This document shows, piece after piece, positions 8,691 to 18,321 of a DNA stretch of 64,000 nt; position 1 is the stretch's first letter, and each line of letters begins with the position of its first letter. The DNA lies in the IMG/VR virus record IMGVR_UViG_3300035182_001152; one strand, given 5' to 3'. A program made the position numbers and the translations under genes. The notes beneath the pieces were generated by a model, which was not told the origin of the DNA, made no database searches, and saw only the letters and a list, made by a program, of their open reading frames with translations. This stretch comes from a virus (lineage: Duplodnaviria > Caudoviricetes).

Positions 8691-10673
8691 ATGGCTAACC
8701 TAGTTTCCCCAGGCGTAAGTGTTACAGTAACGAATGAAAGCTTTTTCATTCCTGCTGCTGCCGCAACCGTCCCTCTGATCTTCATCGCTACTGCAGATGA
8801 GAAGAAGCAACCCGACGGTATCACTGACGCCGCAGGTACCTTCGAAAGCAACGTAATCCGCACCGTTACATCTCTGACACAGAGCACGCAACTATACGGC
8901 ATTCCTCGCTTCCTCGTTGACTCTGCTGGCAACCCACAACACGGTGACACCCGCAACGAATACGGTCTGTTTGCGCTGAACCAATTCCTCGGCATTGGTA
9001 GCTACGCTTACGTTGTTCGTGCAAACGTCAACTTGAACGACAGCCTGTCAGACATTCAGCGTATGTGGAACACCAAGATGCAAGAGTCCGCATACGTGCT
9101 CGAAAATCTGGTCAACGCATACCTGAACGAATACAACCAAACAAACGGCTTTGTTTCCAGCTCCGCTAACGCAGTTGGTACACTCGGCTCAATCACAGCC
9201 GGCTCTTCGTACACAGCTGGCACGTACACGAACGTTCCTCTCACGGGTGGCACGGGTTCTGGTGCAACTGCCAACATCACCGTTTCTAGTGGCGGCAATG
9301 TGACGGTAGTCACGGTAGTTAATCGTGGTTCCGGCTACACAGTTGGTGACGTCCTGTCAGCATCCGCATCCAACATCGGTGGCACAGGTTCTGGCTTCTC
9401 CGTCCCTGTCGCAACGTTGACGGGCTTCAAGCAAACTGTTAACCAAACGACTCTGCTGTCCCTCGCAGCAACAGCAACGTACCCAGTGTGGCAGATGTTC
9501 TCGTTCAAGAACTCGATGGACTCGTTCACAAACGACTTCACGTCGGCTCCTCAATTGGTGTATGCAAACGGCTTCTCTGCTGCCTCCACGGGCACGTTTG
9601 TTGGTTTGACTGGCGACGCTGTTGCCTGGGTCACCGGCGCACTCGGTAGCGTGGTTGGTACAGAATGGACAGCTACCGAAGCATCTGCAACACTGCTTGG
9701 CGCAGCTGACTCGTTCAAGTTCACCACGAACTTCCTGAACCAAACCAGCCTTGGCGCAAACGACGCAGCACGTCGCGTTGCAGTTGTTACAGCTCTCGCA
9801 GCGTCGATCAACAGCAACACAGACATCCGTTCGGAAATCTACGAATACAACCTGATCCTGTGCCCTGGTTACTACGAACTGGTTGACGAAATGCTGAATC
9901 TTCGCGCAGACATTCAAGAAGAAGCATTTGTGATCGGTGACGTTCCCTTCGACAAGTCTCCAGAAGATGTCGTCACGTGGGCTGCAACAGTTGATCGTCG
10001 CACGTCAACAGGTCTGGCATACTACTACCCACACGGCTTGGCCTCCAATTTGGATGGCGCAAACGTGTTCGTGGCAGCATCCGGCATCGCTCTGCGCACG
10101 ATTACATACAGCGATGATGTTTCCGAGTTGTGGGTTGCCCCAGCTGGTACACGTCGTGGTCTGGTTTCAGGCGTTTCGAATGTTGGTTACGTAACTGGTA
10201 CGCTGGGTACTGCTACAACGTTCGTTGATGTTGCTCTCAATGGTGGTCAACGTGACAACATGTACAAGTACTTCACCAACCTGAACCCAATCGTGTTCTT
10301 CCCGGGTCGTGGTATTATCGTGTGGGGTCAAAAGACTTCCGCTCCCGATGCCTCAGCTCTCGACCGTATCAACGTCGAGCGTCTGGTTGAATACGTCCGC
10401 CGTCAACTTCGCAAGAATACGATGTCGTTCGTCTTCGAACCTAACGACCAGCTGACACGCGATAACCTGAAAGCAACGGTTGACGCATTCCTCGGTGACC
10501 TGATTGTCAAGCGCGGTCTGTATGACTTTGCTACCATTTGCGATAGCTCAAACAACACTCCTGATCGTATCGATCGCAACGAGCTATACATTGACATCGC
10601 TTTGAAGCCAGTTCGTGCAGCTGAATTCTTGTACATCCCAATCCGCATTGTTGCTACTGGCGCATCAATCTAA
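8691..10673 (+). CDS. gp18: Contractile tail sheath protein
   Basis: N-terminal [14 protein letters not shown]; C-terminal [51 protein letters not shown]. Confidence 0.95.
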   Translation: MANLVSPGVSVTVTNESFFIPAAAATVPLIFIATADEKKQPDGITDAAGTFESNVIRTVTSLTQSTQLYGIPRFLVDSAGNPQHGDTRNEYGLFALNQFLGIGSYAYVVRANVNLNDSLSDIQRMWNTKMQESAYVLENLVNAYLNEYNQTNGFVSSSANAVGTLGSITAGSSYTAGTYTNVPLTGGTGSGATANITVSSGGNVTVVTVVNRGSGYTVGDVLSASASNIGGTGSGFSVPVATLTGFKQTVNQTTLLSLAATATYPVWQMFSFKNSMDSFTNDFTSAPQLVYANGFSAASTGTFVGLTGDAVAWVTGALGSVVGTEWTATEASATLLGAADSFKFTTNFLNQTSLGANDAARRVAVVTALAASINSNTDIRSEIYEYNLILCPGYYELVDEMLNLRADIQEEAFVIGDVPFDKSPEDVVTWAATVDRRTSTGLAYYYPHGLASNLDGANVFVAASGIALRTITYSDDVSELWVAPAGTRRGLVSGVSNVGYVTGTLGTATTFVDVALNGGQRDNMYKYFTNLNPIVFFPGRGIIVWGQKTSAPDASALDRINVERLVEYVRRQLRKNTMSFVFEPNDQLTRDNLKATVDAFLGDLIVKRGLYDFATICDSSNNTPDRIDRNELYIDIALKPVRAAEFLYIPIRIVATGASI

Positions 10674-10680
10674 ATAAATA
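10674..10680 (+). promoter_or_regulatory. Late promoter (ATAAATA)
   Basis: Immediately after sheath stop, before AAGGAG and GTG of tube gene. Confidence 0.65.
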
Positions 10681-10701
10681 GCACAAACAAGGAGACACAG
10701 C

Positions 10702-11292
10702 GTGAGTACAATCAATGACATCGGTATCCCAGGCGTAGGCACTGGTATCCTTCAACCAAAGTTAAAGAACCGTTGGCGTGTGACGTTCGCCAACATGGGC
10801 GGTGGCACGGATAGTCAGCCTGTTTCCATGCAGGCGATTAGCGTCAACCGTCCTAAGCTGACGCACGAAAAGATCACACTGCACCGCTACAACTCAGTGT
10901 CGTATATCGCCGGCAAGCACTCGTGGGAGCCAATGTCTCTCACGATTCAAGACGACGTAACAGGTACGGCAGCAGCGGTAATTCAGGCGCAAGAACAGAA
11001 GCAACAGTGGCTGATTGGTGCTGAAGGTCAATGGCTTGCAGCTGCTGGTGAAGGTTCTCTGTACAAGTACGTGACGTACCTCGATATGCTTGACGGTAAC
11101 GACCAAGTAATCGAACGTTGGACTATTGAAGGTTGCTGGATTGAAAGCGTTGACTACGGTGAAATTGCATACGAATCGAGCGATCCAGTGACGATCACTC
11201 TGTCCGTTAGCTACGACCACGCTCGCCAGAACATCGGCGGCTACAACCAAGGTCAAGGTATCGCAACAGGCGGCGCAGGTAAGATTCAATAA
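10702..11292 (+). CDS. gp19: Tail tube protein
   Basis: Follows sheath; RPKLTHEKITL...YIAGKHSWEPMSLTIQDD, LDMLDGND...ERWTIEGCW...YGEIAYES is the gp19-type pattern. Confidence 0.88.
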   Translation: MSTINDIGIPGVGTGILQPKLKNRWRVTFANMGGGTDSQPVSMQAISVNRPKLTHEKITLHRYNSVSYIAGKHSWEPMSLTIQDDVTGTAAAVIQAQEQKQQWLIGAEGQWLAAAGEGSLYKYVTYLDMLDGNDQVIERWTIEGCWIESVDYGEIAYESSDPVTITLSVSYDHARQNIGGYNQGQGIATGGAGKIQ

Positions 11293-11311
11293 TCAAACCA
11301 CGCTACGAAAC

Positions 11312-11340
11312 AAAAGCTCGCTCCGGCGAGCTTTTTCTTT
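11312..11340 (+). terminator. Rho-independent terminator
   Basis: AAAAGCTCGC-TCCG-GCGAGCTTTT plus T-tract. Confidence 0.8.
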
Positions 11341-11353
11341 GGGCTATAAGGCC

Positions 11354-11360
11354 ATAAATA
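11354..11360 (+). promoter_or_regulatory. Late promoter (ATAAATA)
   Basis: GCCATAAATA upstream of 11383. Confidence 0.7.
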
Positions 11361-11382
11361 CGGCATAACCTAAGGGCATTCT

Positions 11383-12804
11383 ATGACAGATCCACGTACG
11401 TTCACCGTAAAGCAGTGTGAATCCTGCTACTCGCAGAAAAGTGGCGCATCTATCGCCAACGCTACGGGCTCACGTCGCGACTTCTTCAATGCCTTGGGTA
11501 AAGTAGGTGATCTGCAGGTACTAAACAGTGTTAGCGGTGGCACGATCGGTCGCGGACTGCGCAATCTCGCAAGCATCTCCAACTCAATTCGCGTTGGCCA
11601 AGGCGCTTTGCCATCATCTATCGGCACGTCCTTAGAGACAGGTGCGAACTGGGTGCTAGCTCAGACTGGCATCGCTCCTACCGTTGTCACAGCTGTACAG
11701 GGCTTCAATCCCGCAATTGCAAACCAAGCGTATGGACAAGCAAAAAGTGTGTTCTCTGACGTCAAATCAGGTAACTTCTCACTATCGAACATCCCGTATG
11801 TGCTGCAAGATTTTCAGAACCTGGAGCGTCTTGGCCGCAACATCTTTACCCCCGGTCTCGGCGATGTACAAACGGCTCTTGGGGAACATTGTGAAGCATC
11901 GCCATACGCTGTTGACCTGATTGCACGTGCACCAAAGTACAAATTCCTATTTGTTGTACAATTCATTGCAAACAAAGGCTACGGTGATTTGAGTGGTCAA
12001 GGTTTGAGTCCCCTAGACATGGCCTTCACCGTCAAGAAGGCTTCTCGTCCGAACTTGAAGTTCCACTACGACGACGTTAACTACTACAACTACCGTACAA
12101 AAGTTATCACCAAGACGGAGTTTGAAGAGATGAACATGTCGTTCTTGGACGATACGCAAAACATTGCAGGTCAATTCTATCACGCTTACATGCGTGCGAT
12201 GTCACCAATCACTGGCATTGAAGAATCAGGTGCGCTCGCTGACTTGCTTGAGCAGGGTGGCATGGACTTTGAAAATAAGACCCTAACAGCAAACCAAATT
12301 ATGAACACGATTGGTGCAAGTACGTACGCTGCTTCGTCTGGCACGCTTGCAAACGATACTAAAGACGTGTTCAAGGAAATTCGCCTATATCACCTGTTTG
12401 ATAACGGTAACCGGATGAACGTCTGGCGATTCTTCAACCCCAAGATCACATCGTTGAACCTCGACGAGCTTGACATGTCCATCGGCACCGAAGGCAGTGA
12501 ATTGTCAATCCAATTCACTTACGATAGTGTGTTCATGGATCCCGACGTTTCTCTGGCGGATGATAGCAAGTACAACTTGAAGCAAACACAACGTGGCGCA
12601 TTGTACCCCCTCAAGTACAACGGCAAAACGTCTGGTGCCAACTCACCAATTTCTACAACAACCAACATTAACGGCCAATCTACAGATTTGCTGGGTGGCT
12701 TGTCAAATACCGTTAGTGCGGTTGGTAACGCCGCCACAGCGGCCGTCGCTGATCTCAGCACCAAATTTAGCAGCGCAATTTCCAGTCTACCGTTTGGTAG
12801 TTAA
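11383..12804 (+). CDS. Putative baseplate/tail tube initiator (tube-like fold in C-terminal half)
   Basis: KKASRPNLKFHYDDVNYYNYRTKV...MSFLDD resembles tube/gp54-like proteins; position after gp19; assignment is inference. Confidence 0.6.
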   Translation: MTDPRTFTVKQCESCYSQKSGASIANATGSRRDFFNALGKVGDLQVLNSVSGGTIGRGLRNLASISNSIRVGQGALPSSIGTSLETGANWVLAQTGIAPTVVTAVQGFNPAIANQAYGQAKSVFSDVKSGNFSLSNIPYVLQDFQNLERLGRNIFTPGLGDVQTALGEHCEASPYAVDLIARAPKYKFLFVVQFIANKGYGDLSGQGLSPLDMAFTVKKASRPNLKFHYDDVNYYNYRTKVITKTEFEEMNMSFLDDTQNIAGQFYHAYMRAMSPITGIEESGALADLLEQGGMDFENKTLTANQIMNTIGASTYAASSGTLANDTKDVFKEIRLYHLFDNGNRMNVWRFFNPKITSLNLDELDMSIGTEGSELSIQFTYDSVFMDPDVSLADDSKYNLKQTQRGALYPLKYNGKTSGANSPISTTTNINGQSTDLLGGLSNTVSAVGNAATAAVADLSTKFSSAISSLPFGS

Positions 12805-12805
12805 T

Positions 12806-13294
12806 ATGGCAGGTCCTACACTTAAAGACCAACAGTTGATGCGACGCCCGTCCGGTACAAGCAACCGACGGTTTACGCAGGGACTGTTCACCCCCCGTAA
12901 CCCTCAGAAGTACGTCGGTGATGTGACAAAGATTCGCTACATGTCATCGTACGAATTGGAAACCCACAAGTTCTTCGACAGCAACGAACGAGTGCTACGC
13001 TGGTCCAGTGAAGAGATCGCAATTCCGTATTTGAAGCCCACCGATCAAAAGGTGCATAAATACTGGCCAGACTATTGGGTTGAGTACATCAACAAAGACG
13101 GTGAGATCGTTCAAGAGATCATTGAAGTGAAGCCAGCTGCGCAAACTCGCATGCCTCGGAAAAACAGCAAACACAACTTGTACGAATCGCTGACCCTTGC
13201 GGTAAATGTCGCAAAGTGGCAGGCAGCCCAAGCGTTCTGTAAGGCTCGGGGCATGGCCTTTAGGATCATCACAGAGCGCAGTATTTTCAAATAA
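12806..13294 (+). CDS. gp4: Head completion protein, T4 gp4-like (TnsA-like nuclease fold)
   Basis: GLFTPRNPQKYVGD, IRYMSSYE, WSSEEIAIPY, HKYWPDYW, EVKPAAQT, AKWQAAQAFC; true start ATG 12806, not 12593. Confidence 0.9.
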   Translation: MAGPTLKDQQLMRRPSGTSNRRFTQGLFTPRNPQKYVGDVTKIRYMSSYELETHKFFDSNERVLRWSSEEIAIPYLKPTDQKVHKYWPDYWVEYINKDGEIVQEIIEVKPAAQTRMPRKNSKHNLYESLTLAVNVAKWQAAQAFCKARGMAFRIITERSIFK

Positions 13295-13330
13295 CAGAAA
13301 GAAGCATGAATAAGTTCGGGAGAACTCATT

Positions 13331-14092
13331 ATGTTAAATACAGAGCAATTTATTGAGCGGGCCCACTCAATACATGGGACGACATACGACTATACGCTGT
13401 GCAAGTATACTAAGAGCACAGTACCCGTCACAATCATATGCCCGGAACATGGGCAATTTGAACAACAGCCAATTATCCACACGTTTAACAAAGCTGGATG
13501 CCCCAAGTGCAGCAACAAGCGCAAAGGTGCCTACCACAAAAAGGACACAAATTGGTTTGTGCAAGAGGCGGTCAAAATACATGGATTGAAGTACAGCTAT
13601 CAAAAAGTCGCCTACCACCGATACCATGATAAGGTGGAGATCATCTGCCCAACGCATGGATCTTTTTGTCAAACCCCGGGTGCACATATCTTTCAAAAGC
13701 AGGGATGTCCCACGTGTTCGTATCAAGACTATGAAGGTGGATACGGCAAACAACGATTTGTTAGCCATCCAGAGATAAAAGACAGGCCGGCGATGTTGTA
13801 TGTGATAAAGTGCACAGGGAATGATGAACGCTTCATCAAGATCGGTATCACACAACATTCACTTGATCATCGGTTCCGCAAGACGAACACTATCCCGTAC
13901 GCATACGAAACAGTAGACATCGTTTCGGGGACTTTGTACCAGATGTTCAAGTATGAACAGAACCTGAAAAGATTGTTCAAGGCTTACAAGTACAAGCCCC
14001 AGCTAAAATTCAATGGGCATACGGAATGTTTAATCGTCGATTGCGAAGCATCCCTCTACGAGGCGCTAAATACCCTAAAGGAACTACCATGA
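13331..14092 (+). mobile_element. Free-standing homing endonuclease (DUF723-like zinc repeats plus GIY-YIG-like C-terminal domain)
   Basis: Two repeats (V/I)xIICPxHGxFxQxPxxHxxxKxGCPxC; C-terminal LYVIKC...FIKIGITQHSLDHRF...E. Confidence 0.75.
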
Positions 14093-14538
14093 GCGGATAC
14101 GTCGTAAACCAAAAAACCATCGAACATCCTTTGGAGGATGTATTCGACATTGAATCTGGTACAACTATTGTTGAATACAAGGAAGTTGTACCAGATCAAG
14201 TCGTGCCGATGGTTAACTACGACAAAAAGGACGACGAGATTGAAGGTAAGCTTGAAGAGATTTACGCAATCGCAATCGGACAAGTTGGTGCAATTGCTGA
14301 CGAAATGGAACGTGTTGAAGGCAAGTACAAAGCTCGGATGGGTGAAGTAACTGCTACGATGCTAAACGTCGCTCTTGGTGCCGTTCGTGAAAAGTCTATG
14401 TTGAAGATGCACAAGGACAAGCTCTCACCTGTGACAGGCCAGGGCCCCCAGACTGTGCACAATAATCTGAATATCGTGGCAGATCGCAACGAACTGCTCC
14501 GAATGTTGATGGACAAAAACAAGTCTCAACCCCAATAG
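14089..14538 (+). CDS. Putative terminase small subunit
   Basis: Helical 149-aa protein directly upstream of TerL; ATGA overlap with HEG stop; function inferred from position only. Confidence 0.5.
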   Translation: MSGYVVNQKTIEHPLEDVFDIESGTTIVEYKEVVPDQVVPMVNYDKKDDEIEGKLEEIYAIAIGQVGAIADEMERVEGKYKARMGEVTATMLNVALGAVREKSMLKMHKDKLSPVTGQGPQTVHNNLNIVADRNELLRMLMDKNKSQPQ

Positions 14539-14559
14539 GTGACCTGTTAAACCACGTGG

Positions 14560-14566
14560 GTAAATA
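14560..14566 (+). promoter_or_regulatory. Variant late promoter (GTAAATA)
   Basis: Directly upstream of TerL; one mismatch to ATAAATA. Confidence 0.5.
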
Positions 14567-14571
14567 TGCCC

Positions 14572-16149
14572 ATGGCAAAAAATAGTAACCCATTCCTCAA
14601 AAAAGCAAACGAGCAACACGAGTATACGGCCGAACAGGTCATGGAACTCGATAAATGCTCGCGCGATCCTGAATACTTCATTGACACATACTGCCAGATC
14701 CAACACGCTGTGCAGGGGTCGATCCGCTTTGCCTTGCGTCCATACCAGCACAAGATTATCAAGACTTTTGCGAACAATCGACTTTCGATTACGCTCGCTC
14801 CCCGTCAGATTGGTAAATCCTGGATTGCTGGTGCATTCTTGTTGTGGTTCGCCACTTTCCACTCCGAAAAGACGGTGGTTATCGCATCAAACAAGAATGA
14901 TAACGCCATGGAAATGATCCACCGCGTTCGATTCATCTATGAACGACTGCCGCATTGGATCAAACCTGGCTTGACGGCAGACGGTTGGAACAAACACGCT
15001 GTTGCATTCGATAACCACAGCCGTATCATCTCTCAGGCAACGTCTGAAAACACAGGTCGTGGTCTGTCAATCTCTCTGCTGTTCCTCGACGAATTCGCAT
15101 TCGTACGTGACGGTATTGCTGAAGAATTTTGGACGTCGATCTCACCTACCCTAGCAACCGGTGGTAATTGTATTATCTGCTCAACACCTAATGGTGACAT
15201 GAACAGATTCGCGCAATTGTGGCGCGGCGCAAACATTCCACACCCAACGATGGAAGGTGTAGGTATCAATGGGTTCGCTCCGATTGAGGTAATGTGGGAT
15301 GAGCCACCCGGTCGTGATGCGAAGTTCAAAGAAGCGGAAATCGCCAAGATTGGTGATATACGCTGGATGCAGGAATACGAGTGCCAATTCCTATCGAATG
15401 ATCCATTGCTGATTGACACGGTTGTGTTGGCAAACTTGACCAAACTGATTGAGCGAGTTCGACCAGCCGGCAAATCAGGGGAGATTGTGTTCTACAAAGA
15501 ACCGGCACCAAATACAACGTATTTGGTCGGTATGGATGCCGCAACAGGTTCTGGTAACGACTATACAGCAATCGTTGTATACGACTTCCCAGGACTTGAG
15601 CAGGTTGCTGAATTCCGCTCGAACACAATGTCTTCCGTTACAGCATACCACATGCTGAAGAAGATCCTGAAGATTTACGAACGTGCTAAAGGTAACGTGT
15701 ACTTCTCTGTGGAGAACAACGGTGTTGGCGAAGCTGTAATGGCGCTGTTTGAAGCAGACGAGAACCCGCCAGAAACCGCGGAGTTTGTGTCAGAAACGGG
15801 ACAGAAGCGCAAGGGCATGACTACGTCTGGCAAATCGAAGATCAAAGCGTGTTTAACGTTCAAGGAAATGATCGAGCGCAACGGGATCCACATCAAATCG
15901 AAGGCGATGCTGGCTGAGCTGAAGAACTTTGTTCGCTCAAAGGGATCATATGCCGCCAAAACTAGCAGTACAGACGACCTAATCATGGCGACACTGATTG
16001 CAGTGCGGTTGCTAGAAGAAATCGCATCGTACGACCAAGATGCGTACGATAAAATGTACGCTCACGCTTTCATCTCCGAAGGTGAATCGTCATATTCATC
16101 TGAGCAATATGACGAAAGCGACTACGGATCTGCAATGGTCTTCGGTTGA
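14572..16149 (+). CDS. gp17: Terminase large subunit, T4 gp17-like (start 14572 or 14566)
   Basis: LRPYQ, Walker A PRQIGKS, Walker B LLFLDEFAF, CSTPNG motif III, nuclease GMDAATGSGNDY and DDLIMA; no intein seen. Confidence 0.95.
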   Translation: MAKNSNPFLKKANEQHEYTAEQVMELDKCSRDPEYFIDTYCQIQHAVQGSIRFALRPYQHKIIKTFANNRLSITLAPRQIGKSWIAGAFLLWFATFHSEKTVVIASNKNDNAMEMIHRVRFIYERLPHWIKPGLTADGWNKHAVAFDNHSRIISQATSENTGRGLSISLLFLDEFAFVRDGIAEEFWTSISPTLATGGNCIICSTPNGDMNRFAQLWRGANIPHPTMEGVGINGFAPIEVMWDEPPGRDAKFKEAEIAKIGDIRWMQEYECQFLSNDPLLIDTVVLANLTKLIERVRPAGKSGEIVFYKEPAPNTTYLVGMDAATGSGNDYTAIVVYDFPGLEQVAEFRSNTMSSVTAYHMLKKILKIYERAKGNVYFSVENNGVGEAVMALFEADENPPETAEFVSETGQKRKGMTTSGKSKIKACLTFKEMIERNGIHIKSKAMLAELKNFVRSKGSYAAKTSSTDDLIMATLIAVRLLEEIASYDQDAYDKMYAHAFISEGESSYSSEQYDESDYGSAMVFG

Positions 16150-16175
16150 CCAGTCAATGGGGTCAACTCTATACT
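16146..16175 (+). promoter_or_regulatory. Sigma70-like promoter
   Basis: TTGACC-18 nt-TATACT upstream of HD gene. Confidence 0.55.
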
Positions 16176-16200
16176 GGTGTGACATAACCCAGGATAGAAC

Positions 16201-16857
16201 ATGACCTATATCGTCGATCACCGTCAAACATTACTAGACCAATATCAAGGTCTGAAGACGCTTCCGCCATTCCGCCGCATGGCGACGACGGTAGAAGATA
16301 GCCCATGGCATCGCGAAGCGAATGTGCTCGTGCACACCGACATGGTGATGGATAAATACGTCAAGCTGATGGATGGCCGTCTCAGCCCCAGCGATCTGGG
16401 TGATGAGAAATGGACTCGCTTGATGTATCTTGGCGGAATTGCTGCCGCGTTCCACGATGTTGGCAAGCCCGCCGCAGAGACGAAGCAGTACAGCGAAACT
16501 CGTGGTGAATATCGTCGTTATGGCGGGCACGAACTTCTGTCTGCTCGGATGTTCGAAGATTATGCCGTCCAGCGATTCCCGATGTTTTCCGCACAGGAAA
16601 TCGTCATGGTCTCGTGGATGATCGAACATCACTTGTTCTGGAACGCAGATACCAAGAAGCAAGAAAACCTCGCCCGCACGTTGAACACTTTCGGCCCAAT
16701 GGGCGTGGATGTGTACACGTGCCTGCTGCTCGCTGACCAATATGGTCGCATCTCGGACGATCCCGATAAGAACGCAAAGGCTGATGCCTACGTTGAAGGA
16801 TTCGTTCAACTCGCAAAGGAAATTGGCATGCCTACTCCCACTACACCTGCGAGCTGA
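16201..16857 (+). CDS. HD-domain phosphohydrolase
   Basis: SPWHREANVLVHT, AAFHDVGKP, GHELLSA, IEHH, LLADQYGR motifs. Confidence 0.85.
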   Translation: MTYIVDHRQTLLDQYQGLKTLPPFRRMATTVEDSPWHREANVLVHTDMVMDKYVKLMDGRLSPSDLGDEKWTRLMYLGGIAAAFHDVGKPAAETKQYSETRGEYRRYGGHELLSARMFEDYAVQRFPMFSAQEIVMVSWMIEHHLFWNADTKKQENLARTLNTFGPMGVDVYTCLLLADQYGRISDDPDKNAKADAYVEGFVQLAKEIGMPTPTTPAS

Positions 16858-16888
16858 AGCTAGGACTGTTCCTGAATTATATCAAGGT

Positions 16889-17043
16889 AGCTTGGATCAA
16901 CTTGATTGTTCAAGGGATACGTAAAGGGTAATGTTGATTTTATCTCCTTTAGAGCGAACAATATCAAGACAGATGCGACTTTTGCAGAGTTCGACCGAGT
17001 TGATAACTGGTTGAAATCAAAGTTGGAGATACAACATGGATGA
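16889..17043 (+). pseudogene. HNH endonuclease C-terminal relic with frameshift
   Basis: SLDQLDCS, then after a 1-nt shift KGYVKGNVDFISFRANNIKTDATFAEF...*; canonical SLDRIDxSKGYVKGNV motif. Confidence 0.75.
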
Positions 17044-17557
17044 ACATAAGGCCCCCATTCTTTGGATGCCAATTGCACCTTCAGGGGCCGGTAAGAGCAC
17101 GGTCTACAAGCAATTGCTGGAAATATCTCCGGCAACCAGGACATTCTCACTGGACGCTCTTCGTCACGAGTTCTATCATCCGACCGATTACAAGATCGCG
17201 TACGAAAAGGCCGTCGCAGACAAGAGTTTCGAGGCAAAGGCAAACGCCCGGTTCCACGCCGATATCAAGAAGTGTCAGGCTGAGGGTGTCGACCTGTACG
17301 TAGACAACACGAACCTGTCCGCCCGCCGCCGCCGCTGGTACATTGATATCGCTCGGAAGCTTGGCTTCCGAGTTGTTGCTGTGATGATGCCTGCTGATCT
17401 GGATACGTTGCTGGCACGCCAGAAAACGCGCGGCGACAAGCAGGTTCCGGAGCATGCTGTGCGTCAGCAGTACTACGCCTTGCAGACCCCAACGATTGGT
17501 GAGTTTGACGAAATCGTCGTCTCCGATCACAACCTCGTTGCTCACGGAGCTCGATAA
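17036..17557 (+). CDS. P-loop kinase (AAA_33 / polynucleotide kinase-like)
   Basis: PIAPSGAGKST Walker A, FSLDALR, LYVDNTNLS..RRR, RQKTRGDKQVP. Confidence 0.85.
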   Translation: MDEHKAPILWMPIAPSGAGKSTVYKQLLEISPATRTFSLDALRHEFYHPTDYKIAYEKAVADKSFEAKANARFHADIKKCQAEGVDLYVDNTNLSARRRRWYIDIARKLGFRVVAVMMPADLDTLLARQKTRGDKQVPEHAVRQQYYALQTPTIGEFDEIVVSDHNLVAHGAR

Positions 17558-17764
17558 TGCCAATCACTGCACTCGATGTTGACGGTGTAAGTCCTAGACT
17601 ACAATAAGTTATGGCCCGTGCCATGGAAGAAGGCCTTCGGAGAAGACTTGGTCTCCAGCAGAGGCTTCTTCCATGCACACAATGAGTTCAGCACAGACAT
17701 CGTCCCACCAGAGAAGTTCGAACTGTTCAAAAGGATAAATAGACAATCGGGAGATTGTCTATGA
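17557..17764 (+). pseudogene. Truncated, frameshifted HAD-family phosphatase relic
   Basis: MPITALDVDGV; removing one A at 17590 continues VLDYNKLWPVPWKKAFGEDL...; DxDG HAD motif I. Confidence 0.55.
17735..17741 (+). promoter_or_regulatory. Late promoter (ATAAATA)
   Basis: GGATAAATA upstream of SWIM-finger gene. Confidence 0.65.
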
Positions 17765-18321
17765 GTGAATTTTTGGTTCTGCGGGGCGAGCGGATCATCC
17801 AACAGCTGAATGAAGTGTCGTCCGTACCTGATCTTGAGGATAACATTGAACGTGAGTTCCCTGCTACCAAAAAGCGTCAGCACGCAACAAACGACGTGAC
17901 GATCTCTAACGTGCAGTACATGCCGTATATCGGTATGAAAATGCTGCACGTTAAGTCCGTTTCCAGCAGCAACGGCCATCAATACAAACAAGCCCTGCAG
18001 TTTCAACGTGTAGCGTTTGAGCCACGAGATACAGGCCAGAACGCAACGTTTATGGCTAGTGATGGCCAAGATTATCACGTTCAGCCCCTGCAGCTTGCAG
18101 GGCACAACGTGAAAGTCCGCTGCAATTGCATGGACTTCTACTTCCGTTTCGCCAACTACAACGCTCAAGATAAGTCGTTGGTTGGTAAGCCGCCTCCACT
18201 ATACCGTCGCAAGACGACTACACGTCCTCCAGTCAACCCAGGCCAGGTTCCTGGGATGTGCAAGCATTTGCTGAAGCTGGTGCAAACCCTGCAAGGAGCA
18301 GGATTGGTTGCACCAGATTAA
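17761..18321 (+). CDS. SWIM-type zinc finger protein
   Basis: VRCNCMDF...GMCKH (CxC...CxH); ATG 17761 preferred over TTG 17755. Confidence 0.7.
   Translation: MSEFLVLRGERIIQQLNEVSSVPDLEDNIEREFPATKKRQHATNDVTISNVQYMPYIGMKMLHVKSVSSSNGHQYKQALQFQRVAFEPRDTGQNATFMASDGQDYHVQPLQLAGHNVKVRCNCMDFYFRFANYNAQDKSLVGKPPPLYRRKTTTRPPVNPGQVPGMCKHLLKLVQTLQGAGLVAPD

Noticed and set aside
12593-12805. Extended N-termini in the ORF track (12593, 14026, 29695, 34554, 37803, 40651, 51027, 52274, 59127 and others)
   Set aside because: They overlap upstream genes; downstream ATGs have SD sequences or stop-start coupling and match family starts
1552-16149. Bacterial contractile injection system or tailocin rather than a phage
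   Set aside because: Terminase, head completion, gp32/UvsX/UvsW and clamp loader genes are present, and there are no host housekeeping genes
14572-16149. Intein or intron in the terminase
   Set aside because: Length is normal and the ATPase and nuclease motifs are continuous
16352-16358. ATAAATA inside the HD gene
   Set aside because: Mid-gene (codons DKY), no nearby downstream start; probably a chance match
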